The position numbers were made by a program, and so were the translations under genes. The notes below the pieces were generated by a model. It saw only the letters and a program-made list of their open reading frames with translations. It was not told where the DNA came from and made no database searches. Shown piece by piece: positions 39,261-48,516 of a stretch of DNA of 64,000 nucleotides. Origin of the DNA: an uncultured Acidobacteriota bacterium (GTDB lineage: Bacteria > Acidobacteriota > UBA6911); NCBI GenBank assembly GCA_963718845.1, contig CAVRAD010000001.1:47434-111433 (forward strand). Reading direction: 5' to 3'. Every line of letters begins with the position of its first letter. The first letter of the stretch is position 1.

Positions 39261-42215
39261 TTGCAGGAGCCGGGCTTGAGGGATCGCTGCACAACCAGTT
39301 CTTCAGGATCACTCCTGGCTGCGGCATTGTGTGTCCTCGCGCTTTTAAGTGCAGCTTCATTCGACCATCTCCTTGCGCAAGACAGGGGGCAGAAAAACGA
39401 ACAGAAGCCACGGAATGGCAAGGAGCCGCCACGAGATCTGAGGCTTCCCGCAGTGGGGAGTGAAAGGGTCTGTCTGGGCTGCCACGGACCCGAGAAGGAT
39501 CCGGCAATGGTGCGTGAGGGACGAACGAGTTCCATCGAAATCAATGGCAAGCGCTTTGCCAAGTCAGCCCACGGTTCTCACGATGTTGGCTGCGTAAAGT
39601 GTCATTCAGAATTGCCCCACAAGTTCGGCCTGCCGCTGGTGAAGTGCGGTTCCTGCCACGAGAAGGAGGCGAACGTCTATAGCCGGAGCATCCACGGCAA
39701 ACAGCTTGCGGCCGGGGATAAGCTGGCGCCAACCTGTCAGGAATGCCATGGGGAGCATTACATCGTTCCGCTGCGTGATCCCGAATCGCCCGCTGCCCCT
39801 CTCAATATTTCACAGATGTGCACCAAGTGCCACGCGGAGGGACAGCCCGTGCAACGGGCTGCGAACATCCCCAAAGAACAGCTCCAGAAGCGCTACACCC
39901 AGAATATTCACAAAGACGGATTGTTCAAGCAGGGATTGGTCGTAACGGCGGTCTGCACTAGTTGCCATACGAGCCACAGCGTTCTACCCCATACGGATCC
40001 GGCCTCGAGTATTTCCAGACAAAACGTCGTTCGGACCTGCATGAAGTGCCACGGAATGATTGAGGTGGTTCATCGCAAAATCGTCCGAGGCACGCTATGG
40101 GAAAAGGAACCTCACAAAGTACCTGTCTGCGTGGAGTGCCACTCTCCACACGAAGCACGCAAGGTCCTTTATGACACCCAGATGGCCAACTCGGATTGTC
40201 TTGCCTGTCATGGCAAAAAGGATCTTCGAGCCGCCAAGGGCGGGCCGTCTCTTTTTGTGCGTGCAGAGGAATACGCGGCATCGATTCACGGGCGGAAAGT
40301 AGTCGCCTGCACGCAGTGTCATACTGGTGTAACTGTCACGGCGGAACGTCCCTGCTCGACTATCGAAAAGAAGGTGGATTGCTCCATCTGCCATGAGGCT
40401 GAGGTATCCAATTATTCTGCGGGAATCCACGGCCGATTGCACGCCAAGGGTGATACGAAAGCCCCGTACTGCACCGACTGTCACGGCACGCATGAAACCC
40501 TGGAGCACTCGACCAGCGCGGATTCGCCGGATTCTGTGAAGCAAATGGTTTACGAGTCTCCGACCTTTGCACTCAAAGTGCCCCTACTTTGCGCCCGGTG
40601 CCACCAGCGGGGCGGCCAGGCCGCAGTGCGCTATCAGGGCGCAGTGAAAAACATGGTCGAGAACTATGCCGAGAGTATCCATGGAAAAGGGCTTCGGGAG
40701 AGCGGCCTGACCGTGACGGCTACCTGCGCCGACTGCCACACCCCGCACAAAGAGCTCCCACGGAGTGATCCCCAGTCCACTGTTCATCCGGACAACATCG
40801 CCAAGGTCTGCGGCAAGTGTCATCAGGGAATCGAGGAGCAATACGCCGGGAGCGTCCACTCGCGCGCCAATAACACCGAATACAAGCGCCTACCGGGCAA
40901 GCCGGACCTGCCTGGATGCAGCGACTGCCACTCATCCCATGAAATTACCCGCGCCGACGCCACAGGCTTCAATCTCGCCGTTATGGACCAATGCGGCAAC
41001 TGCCACAAAGATGTGGTCGAGACTTACCTGGACACCTATCACGGAAAGGCGTCCAGGTTGGGAAAGGCCAACGCAGCGAAGTGTTATGACTGTCATGGCG
41101 CGCACGATATTCTGGCGCTAAACAATTCCCGGTCACGACTCAGCCAGGGAAATATTGTAGAGACCTGTGCAAAATGCCACCCGCGGGCCCATCCCGGTTT
41201 TAAAGGCTACTTGACCCACGCGACCCACTACGATTCCAAAAAGTATCCGGCGCTTTTCTTCGCGTTTTGGGGCATGACGGGCCTGTTGGTGGCAACCTTT
41301 GCATTCTTTGGCTGCCATACCCTGTTGTGGCTGCCCACGTCGTTGAGAATGCGCAAACATGCAAAAGAGATTTTGGCTGGCAGCGATCCAAATGCGAAGC
41401 ATGTCCTGCGGTTTACAATCCGCCAGCGAGCCATGCACCTGATCATGATTATAAGTTTCTTCGGGTTGGCCCTTACGGGGATGACGCTGAAGTTCAGTTA
41501 CATGGCCTGGGCGAGATTTATCGCCTGGAGCATCGGGGGCGCCGCATTTGCGGGTTACATCCATCGGGTGTGCGCTGTAGCGATGTTTAGTCTGTTCGCT
41601 TATCACCTCTGGGAATCATTCCAGCTGTATAAAAAAAGTGGCAAGAAACCCATAGATTTTCTGCTGGGTCCCGACACCATTGTGCCGACTCTGGCAGACG
41701 CCAAGGAGTTCATGGCGACGTTCAAGTGGTTTCTGGGCCGGGGGCCGCGGCCCCAATACGGGCGTTGGACCTATTGGGAGAAGTTCGACTACTTCGCGGT
41801 CTTTTGGGGTATAGGAATCATTGGCTCTACCGGCTTGATGTTGTGGTTTCCAGAACTGACCACCTGGATTCTGCCGGGATGGGTCCTTAATGTGGCGACC
41901 ATCATTCACAGCGACGAAGCGCTGCTGGCAACGGGATTTATCTTCACGATTCATTTTTTCAACACTCACTTCCGCCCCGAGAAGTTTCCCATGGACTTCG
42001 TTATGTTGACCGGCAGGGTGCCGCTGGAGGAATGGAAGCACGAAAGACCTCGCGAGTATGAGGATAGGGTTGCTACGGGAAAGATGGAGGAAATCCTCGC
42101 CGATCCAATGCCGACAGTCGTAACGCATGTGGGAAGGTTTTTCGGTATCCTGGCATTAGCGATCGGTTTGAGTCTCGTTGCCCTAATTCTTTACGCCATG
42201 CTGTTTGGTGGCTGA
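39261..42215 (+). CDS. Fusion of a 19-haem c-type cytochrome with a C-terminal FdnI/HydC-like cytochrome b membrane domain (CbcL-like architecture)
   Basis: 984-aa ORF. Signal-like SLLAAALCVLALLSAAS. 19 CXXCH counted. Last ~340 aa hold 5-6 hydrophobic helices with conserved His (AMHLIMIISFFGLALTG, YIHRVCAVAM, IIHSDEALLATGFIFTIHFFNTHF). No ATG at the 5' end; start is TTG at 39261 or 39276. Confidence 0.85.
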   Translation: MQEPGLRDRCTTSSSGSLLAAALCVLALLSAASFDHLLAQDRGQKNEQKPRNGKEPPRDLRLPAVGSERVCLGCHGPEKDPAMVREGRTSSIEINGKRFAKSAHGSHDVGCVKCHSELPHKFGLPLVKCGSCHEKEANVYSRSIHGKQLAAGDKLAPTCQECHGEHYIVPLRDPESPAAPLNISQMCTKCHAEGQPVQRAANIPKEQLQKRYTQNIHKDGLFKQGLVVTAVCTSCHTSHSVLPHTDPASSISRQNVVRTCMKCHGMIEVVHRKIVRGTLWEKEPHKVPVCVECHSPHEARKVLYDTQMANSDCLACHGKKDLRAAKGGPSLFVRAEEYAASIHGRKVVACTQCHTGVTVTAERPCSTIEKKVDCSICHEAEVSNYSAGIHGRLHAKGDTKAPYCTDCHGTHETLEHSTSADSPDSVKQMVYESPTFALKVPLLCARCHQRGGQAAVRYQGAVKNMVENYAESIHGKGLRESGLTVTATCADCHTPHKELPRSDPQSTVHPDNIAKVCGKCHQGIEEQYAGSVHSRANNTEYKRLPGKPDLPGCSDCHSSHEITRADATGFNLAVMDQCGNCHKDVVETYLDTYHGKASRLGKANAAKCYDCHGAHDILALNNSRSRLSQGNIVETCAKCHPRAHPGFKGYLTHATHYDSKKYPALFFAFWGMTGLLVATFAFFGCHTLLWLPTSLRMRKHAKEILAGSDPNAKHVLRFTIRQRAMHLIMIISFFGLALTGMTLKFSYMAWARFIAWSIGGAAFAGYIHRVCAVAMFSLFAYHLWESFQLYKKSGKKPIDFLLGPDTIVPTLADAKEFMATFKWFLGRGPRPQYGRWTYWEKFDYFAVFWGIGIIGSTGLMLWFPELTTWILPGWVLNVATIIHSDEALLATGFIFTIHFFNTHFRPEKFPMDFVMLTGRVPLEEWKHERPREYEDRVATGKMEEILADPMPTVVTHVGRFFGILALAIGLSLVALILYAMLFGG

Positions 42216-42231
42216 CACCAGAGGCGACACA

Positions 42232-44350
42232 ATGATAATGCCACGGCGACGAAGGAGATGGATTTTACGGGCTGGAATTTTTGTCTTCTTCTCCCTGCTA
42301 CCTTTATCAGAACCGAGTTCAGGCCAGACACAGGAAAGAGGAGCTGACCAGCGTTGCCTGAACTGCCATGAACAAAAGCATATTACCGCGCTCTCCCGCG
42401 AGGAGCGGGAGATGATGGTCGTTGTGCCTGAGCCCGGTCTCCCGGAGCGGAAAAATCCTGCGAGCCTGCTATGTCGAACAAAGTATTCTTGCGCAAGGAT
42501 TCCACAGCAATGTGACCTGCGAGCAGTGCCACACGGGGGTGGAATCGCTTCCTCATGCCGCCCGTTTGTCCGAGCCCCAGTGCGAAACCTGCCACCAGGA
42601 GCAAGTCGCGGAGGTTTCGCGAAGCATGCACGCAAAGGTGATTCGGACCTCGGAACCGATGCCCCCTCGATGCTGGGATTGCCACGGTGCTCACGAGATT
42701 CGTCTTCAAAGCAAGGTGAATCCACTAGAAAAGATCAGGGTCTGTGCTTCCTGCCACCAGACGTATTCGGGCCAGATGGCGGGCCTGAAGAATGGAGGCG
42801 TGCTGGTGCGATCCTACCTGGACAGTGTTCATGGCCGGAGAAAGCCCGGCACTGCGGAGGTAGGAGCCACCTGCGAGGATTGTCATGGTCACCATGAGAT
42901 CCTGCCTGTTCAAGACCCTCGCTCCAGGGTTCATCGTTTAAACATCCCGGAAACTTGCGGGCGCTGCCACGCTGATATTTTGAAAGAGTTCGAGTCGACG
43001 GTTCACGCGGAGGTGGCGCGCCGGAATGATCCGTCGGTCCGGGCCGCCCTTTGCAACGATTGCCACACGGCGCATGCCATTACGCATACCAATACACCCG
43101 AATTTATGCTGGATATCGTCAGCGAGTGTGGGGTTTGTCACAAGGAGCTCTATCGGACCTATCGGGAGACGTATCATGGCCAAGTACAGCAGCTCGGCAG
43201 CGTGCGTGCTGCACGGTGCAGTGACTGCCACGGGACCCACAACATACGGCGCCCGTCAGATCCTAAATCATTATTGTCGGCCGCCAACCGTCCCGAGACC
43301 TGTTCGCGCTGCCATCAGGAGATCAAAACAATGGCGGCATCGGGCCGCGAAAATTTCGTCGCCTACCACCCGCATGCAGACTTTCGCGATGGGCAAAAAC
43401 ATCCCGCGCTGCTTTTAATCTGGCGTTTTACTCTTATTGTCGGTGCTATCCTGCTGGCGATCTGGGGCTTGCACTGGATGGGGTGGCTCAATCGGGATTT
43501 GCGGAAGAGATCGGATCTGTCGGAGGATGGACCAGTGCATGCAATGCTCCGGTTCAAGGCGCTGCATCGCTGGACCCATCTTCTAGCGACCGCCTGTGTG
43601 CTGGGATTGGCTCTGACGGGCATGCCCCTGAAGTTCAGCCGTCAGCCCTGGGTTGTGGCCTCAATGGCGCTTTTCGGCGGGCCTGACGGAGCGGCTCTCC
43701 TTCATCGCCTGTTCGCAATTTTTTTGGTTGGCATCGGCCTGTTTTATGGATTCTATGCCTTGATTCTGCGGGGAGATCGAAAACAGCCGCTCCGGAAGCG
43801 GATCGTGGGGCCCGATAGCCTGGTGCCGAGCATCAGGGACATTCGACAATTTATAGGAATGTTTCGGTGGTTCACCGACCGGGGAGGCCGTCCGGAACTG
43901 GACCGCTGGAGCTACAGGGAAAAGTTCGACTACTGGGCCCTAGTGATCTCGGTGAACGCCCTTGCCTTTTCCGGTGCGTTTCTCTGGTTCCCCACTTTTT
44001 TCGCCAGATTCCTCTCCGGTTACTGGTTTAACGTGGCCATGGTTGTCCACAGCTATGCCGGACTGATGGCCATAGGCTGCGCCATCATGATCCATCTTTT
44101 CAATACCAGCCTTCGTAGGGAAGGATTCCCTGTGAACGATGTGATGCTCACAGGACAGCTTTCCGAGAAAGAGCTCCAAGAGGGGCGATCCGCACAGTAC
44201 GCGCGTCTGGCCAAAGAGGATACGCTGAGCCAATTGAGAGTGCAGCCAGCGTCAGACCGAAAGCGAAAGATTGCATTTTATGGTACGGTCGCATTACAGA
44301 TTCTGGGATTAGGAACTTTTATATTAATCGTTATTGCAGCGTTGATATAG
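42232..44350 (+). CDS. Fusion of an 11-haem c-type cytochrome with a cytochrome b-like membrane domain (paralog of the C-terminal half of 39261); apparent frameshift ~42468
   Basis: ATG at 42232 gives MIMPRRRRRWILRAGIFVFFSLL...CLNCH in the frame of ORF 42205, then continues in ORF 42422. 11 CXXCH in total. Membrane domain is colinear with the preceding gene (ALHRWTHLLATACVLGLALTG, REKFDYWALV, VVHSYAGLMAIGCAIMIHLFNTS). Confidence 0.8.
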
Positions 44351-44368
44351 TTATCGATAGGAAACACA

Positions 44369-45787
44369 TTGAGACCTGGCTGCTACAAATTGGAGATTGG
44401 ATCTTTGATTCCTTGGGTAGTTGTTCTTCTTGTCACGTTCTTCAGGCTTCCCCTTGCAGCTGCCCAGACAGGGCCCCAGGAGCGTCCAACCGCGCCAACG
44501 AAGAATTGCACGGCCGGTGGTTGCCATTCGAACGTGACTGCTTATCCGGTTCTGCATGGGCCTATGAGGGCGGGTGCCTGCTCCGGATGCCATAGGCAAA
44601 GTGACGCAGTAAAGCACACATTCCAACTGACCCGTGAAGGAGGCAGTCTCTGCCTTTTTTGTCACAAGCTCGAAACCGGCAAGTATTCCCATAAGCCAAT
44701 GACGGAAAAGACCTGTCTCGAATGTCACAATCCCCACGGCGGGGAGACGCGCCCGCATCTGCGTGCGAAGACTACGCGGGCATTGTGCGAGAAGTGTCAT
44801 GCAAAGACGATCAAGGGAAAGATGGTGCACAAACCGGTTGCCGATGGGGGGTGCCTGGGGTGTCACACTGCGCACGTTTCGAATTATCCGAAATTGCTTC
44901 GTCAGGAACCGAACACAGTGTGTCTGGACTGCCATGTAGTCTTCGCCAACCGGATAAAGCAGGCGCGATCCATTCACAAGCCCATGGGGGAAGGTTGCCT
45001 GAAATGTCATAACGCACATGCTTCGGATAGGCCGAAATTGCTGGGAAAACCGATGCGAGAGCTTTGTTATTCCTGCCACGAGAACATTCGATTGACTGTG
45101 GAGCATGCTAAAGTCCGCCACGGGGCACTTGAGGAAATTCGGGAGTGCATGAACTGTCACGACGCCCACGCGACCCGTTATTCGAAGCTTCTCCGGAACA
45201 ATGCGAGAGCCCTATGTCTGAAATGCCACGACAAGGAGATCACGACCTCTAAAGGGAAGATCCGGGACATGAGCAAGATACTTGCGTCCGGCAAAAGCCT
45301 TCACGTGCCGAATACAGCAAACGAGTGCAGTGCATGTCACCAGATTCACGGAGGAGACCTGTTCGATCTGCTGAACAAGGAGTATCCTTCCGAGTTTTAT
45401 TCGTCGTTCCGGGAAGAGAACTACGCGCTTTGTTTTTCCTGCCACGATCCCAGGCTAGCCGTAGTCTCGAAGACAACGAATCTGACTGGATTTCGGAATG
45501 GCGATATGAATTTGCACTCCGTGCATGTCAACCAGAAAACCAAAGGCCGAACCTGCCGCGCTTGTCACGAAATACACGCGATGGATCGGGAACAGTACAT
45601 CCGGGATTCCGTGCCCTTCGGCGACTGGATATTCCAAACTGGATATGCGAAAACGGCCGCGGGCGGATCCTGTGCCCCGGGCTGCCACCAGCATTTCTCC
45701 TATGATCGACAGAATCCCGTGAAGTACGAGCAGGATTCGGGGAAATCAGGAGAGGGTGGCAAAGAGGGAATCCAAGGTGAAAAATAA
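44369..45787 (+). CDS. Periplasmic multihaem cytochrome c (13 CXXCH + CX4CH + CX3CH), c7/c3-type repeats
   Basis: 472 aa. N-terminal hydrophobic segment. Repeating H.P.....C..CH..H motif. TTG start at 44369. Confidence 0.85.
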   Translation: MRPGCYKLEIGSLIPWVVVLLVTFFRLPLAAAQTGPQERPTAPTKNCTAGGCHSNVTAYPVLHGPMRAGACSGCHRQSDAVKHTFQLTREGGSLCLFCHKLETGKYSHKPMTEKTCLECHNPHGGETRPHLRAKTTRALCEKCHAKTIKGKMVHKPVADGGCLGCHTAHVSNYPKLLRQEPNTVCLDCHVVFANRIKQARSIHKPMGEGCLKCHNAHASDRPKLLGKPMRELCYSCHENIRLTVEHAKVRHGALEEIRECMNCHDAHATRYSKLLRNNARALCLKCHDKEITTSKGKIRDMSKILASGKSLHVPNTANECSACHQIHGGDLFDLLNKEYPSEFYSSFREENYALCFSCHDPRLAVVSKTTNLTGFRNGDMNLHSVHVNQKTKGRTCRACHEIHAMDREQYIRDSVPFGDWIFQTGYAKTAAGGSCAPGCHQHFSYDRQNPVKYEQDSGKSGEGGKEGIQGEK

Positions 45788-45834
45788 AAAGTGACTGTCA
45801 CTGGAGCGTCTTATCGCGTTTGGAAAAGAGCGAG

Positions 45835-47481
45835 ATGAATCGAATGCGCTGGAAATCTATCCGATCATTCGGAATTAATCGTTGGCTAGTGGGCATGTTG
45901 CTTGTGTGCGCCTGTGGACAAGAATTTGCGCGCGTTGCGTATAGCCAGGACAATTCAATGATCAAGCTGATTGAGACCCTGAGCGATACCAATCGCGATC
46001 TTCGTGATGAAGCCGTTAATGCTCTGGTAAAGCTGGGCCCGGCCGCCATTGAATCTCTCGTTGCCGCGCTGAAAAGCAAGAATGATGTTGTTCGACAGGA
46101 GGCTACCGGCGCATTGGGGCGTATACGGGATCCACGAGCGGTGGAGCCCCTCATCGGCGCTTTGAAGGATGCGGATTCTATTGTCAGCTATAGAGCAGCC
46201 GACGCGTTGGGGGACATCAAAGATCCGCGATCAGTGGAACCCCTCATCGCCGCCCTGAAGGATAAAAAACTGCTGTTGAGAACTCAGGCTGTCGCCGCCT
46301 TAGGGCGTATCCACGATCCCCGTGCGGTGGATGCCCTCATTGCTGCTCTGAAGGATGAGGATCCCCTCGTGAGCTATAGGGCGGCCGATGCATTGGGGGA
46401 ATTCAAAGATCCACGTGCGATAGAACCGCTTATTGTCGCGCTGAAGGATAAAAATCTCCTACTGAGAACTCAGGCTGCCGGCGCGCTTGCAAAGCTGGGT
46501 TCGGCAGTCGTTAATCCTCTCGTCGTTGCGCTGAAAAGCCATGCGGATGATGTTGCTCGCAGGGAAGCCGTCGGCATTTTGGGGCGCATCCACACTCCTG
46601 ATGCGATTGATGCCCTCATCGCTGCTCTGAAGGATTCAGATTCCATCGTGAGCTCGAGAGCAGCCGATGCATTGGGGGAAATCAAAGATTTGCGCGCTAT
46701 AGAACCCCTTATTTCCGCCATGAGGGATAAAAATCTCCTGCTGAGAACGCACTCTGCCGCCGCACTGATAAACTTGGGCCCGGCAGCCCTTGATCCTGTC
46801 GTTGCTGCGGTAAGAAAACAGGATGATGATGCTCTCCGGGAGGTTGCCACCGCCTTAATACACATCAAAGATCCGGATGCGGTTCAATCCCCGACGGCAA
46901 GCATGACGGCTCAAGATAAGGATGTTCGCTCCGCAGCCTCCAAGAAATCGGATAGCGTCAAAGATTCCCTTGGGGACCAACCCCCCGTGGACAGGCTTCT
47001 GGTTCTTAAAAAGAATCCGCTACTGAAACAGAGGCTGTTGGAATCGGAGCAGGCGGTATCGGAACCAGTGTCCATGCAGATCAAGATCCTAAGGAGCGGA
47101 GATATACGCGCCAGGGCCGACGCTGCATTTCAGTTGAGGAAAATGGGGCCGTCGGCCCAGGGGGCGATCTTGGTGCTGATCGAGACGCTGTATGATCCGA
47201 AAATTGAAGAACAGAATACCCATTGGGGAGAGGGAGTTCAGAACATAACCACGATTTCCCCGGCCATGGAAGCTGCCGAGACGCTTGTGATGTTTGGAAA
47301 TCCGGCGGTAGAGCCGCTGGTAGCGGTTCTAGAGGATTCCAATCCGAGTGTCCGGAAATCAGCCGCTCGGATACTAAGACAAATCAAAGATCCGCAGACC
47401 GTGGAACCCCTTATCGCCGTTTTGAAAGATGCGGATCCGGATACCCGGCAGATGGCAATCCAGGCGTTAGGTCGAGATTAA
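45835..47481 (+). CDS. Secreted HEAT-repeat (PBS-lyase-type) protein
   Basis: Signal-like MNRMRWKSIRSFGINRWLVGMLLVCACG. More than 10 repeats of A..ALG.I.DPRAVEPLIAALKD.D..VR. Confidence 0.8.
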   Translation: MNRMRWKSIRSFGINRWLVGMLLVCACGQEFARVAYSQDNSMIKLIETLSDTNRDLRDEAVNALVKLGPAAIESLVAALKSKNDVVRQEATGALGRIRDPRAVEPLIGALKDADSIVSYRAADALGDIKDPRSVEPLIAALKDKKLLLRTQAVAALGRIHDPRAVDALIAALKDEDPLVSYRAADALGEFKDPRAIEPLIVALKDKNLLLRTQAAGALAKLGSAVVNPLVVALKSHADDVARREAVGILGRIHTPDAIDALIAALKDSDSIVSSRAADALGEIKDLRAIEPLISAMRDKNLLLRTHSAAALINLGPAALDPVVAAVRKQDDDALREVATALIHIKDPDAVQSPTASMTAQDKDVRSAASKKSDSVKDSLGDQPPVDRLLVLKKNPLLKQRLLESEQAVSEPVSMQIKILRSGDIRARADAAFQLRKMGPSAQGAILVLIETLYDPKIEEQNTHWGEGVQNITTISPAMEAAETLVMFGNPAVEPLVAVLEDSNPSVRKSAARILRQIKDPQTVEPLIAVLKDADPDTRQMAIQALGRD

Positions 47482-48500
47482 TGACCCTCGGGTTGTTGAC
47501 GCCCCTCATCGCGGTGCTTGCGGATAGTGATGCCCAGACTCGAAATATCGCGATTCAAACATTAGGCATAATCCGGGAGTTCAAGACTGTGGATCTCATA
47601 ATATCCGCTCTCAAGGATGAAAATCCCATGATACGGAGCGGCATCGCTCAGGCATTAGGGCAGATCAGAGTTCCACGCGCGGTGGACCCTCTCGTTGCCG
47701 CTTTGAAGGATAGCGATCGCAATACGAGGCTAATGGCAATCCAAGCATTAGGGCGGGCAAAAGATCCGCGCGCGGTGGAACCCCTCCTTGCTACTTTGAG
47801 GGATAACGATCTTGACATCAGGCTTACGGCGATGCAATCCCTGGGACAGATCCAAGACCCGCGTGCCGTGGAATTCATCATCGCGTTTCTAAGAGACAGC
47901 AATCCCATTGTCCGGCGCATGGCGGTTCAGGCATTACGGCAAATCAAAGACCCGCGCGTTTCGAAGTCCCTTATCCCGGTCCTTGCGGATGAGGATGCCC
48001 AGACTCGTGCCCTGGTCATTCAAGCATTAGGGAACATCAAGGGTTCCCAGGCTTTGGATCTCCTCCTGGCCGCTCTAAAGGATGCGCAACCCTTGATTCG
48101 GATTGGCGCATTCCAGGTTCTAGGGCAGATCAGGGATTCCTATGTTGTAGAACCTCTCATGGTTATTTTGAAAGATTTAAATCCCGAAACCCGGAATATG
48201 GCAGCCCTTGCATTAGGGCGGATCCGTGATCCGCGCGCCGTGGAATCCCTCATCGCGGCTTTGAATGATAAAGATCAGAACGTACAGATATCAGCCGTGA
48301 GAGCATTGGGGGAGATCAATGATCCGCGTGCTGTGGAGCCCCTCATCGCTGCCTTGCAGGGTAAGCCAGAGGTTGTTCGTACTGAGGTGGCGTGGGTTCT
48401 AACAAAACTCACCGATAAGGATTTCGGCATTAATTATAATCTCTGGAAACAGTGGTGGAGTTCCCAAGCGCCGGTCGGGCTTAATACCTCAAAACCATAA
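47481..48500 (+). CDS. HEAT-repeat protein: either a separate gene (TAATG stop/start overlap) or the C-terminal half of 45835 if the junction is a frameshift
   Basis: About 10 further repeats of the same consensus. The third frame across the junction reads NDPRVVD, which fits the repeat consensus, so the boundary is ambiguous. Confidence 0.65.
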   Translation: MTLGLLTPLIAVLADSDAQTRNIAIQTLGIIREFKTVDLIISALKDENPMIRSGIAQALGQIRVPRAVDPLVAALKDSDRNTRLMAIQALGRAKDPRAVEPLLATLRDNDLDIRLTAMQSLGQIQDPRAVEFIIAFLRDSNPIVRRMAVQALRQIKDPRVSKSLIPVLADEDAQTRALVIQALGNIKGSQALDLLLAALKDAQPLIRIGAFQVLGQIRDSYVVEPLMVILKDLNPETRNMAALALGRIRDPRAVESLIAALNDKDQNVQISAVRALGEINDPRAVEPLIAALQGKPEVVRTEVAWVLTKLTDKDFGINYNLWKQWWSSQAPVGLNTSKP

Positions 48501-48516
48501 TAGGAAGCCTCGGTTC

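Noticed and set aside
45835-48500. HEAT-repeat proteins as genuine phycobilisome lyases.
   Set aside because: The window holds no phycobiliprotein or photosynthesis genes. The first protein has an export-type N-terminus, and the genes are embedded in a cytochrome operon. Only the repeat type is shared.
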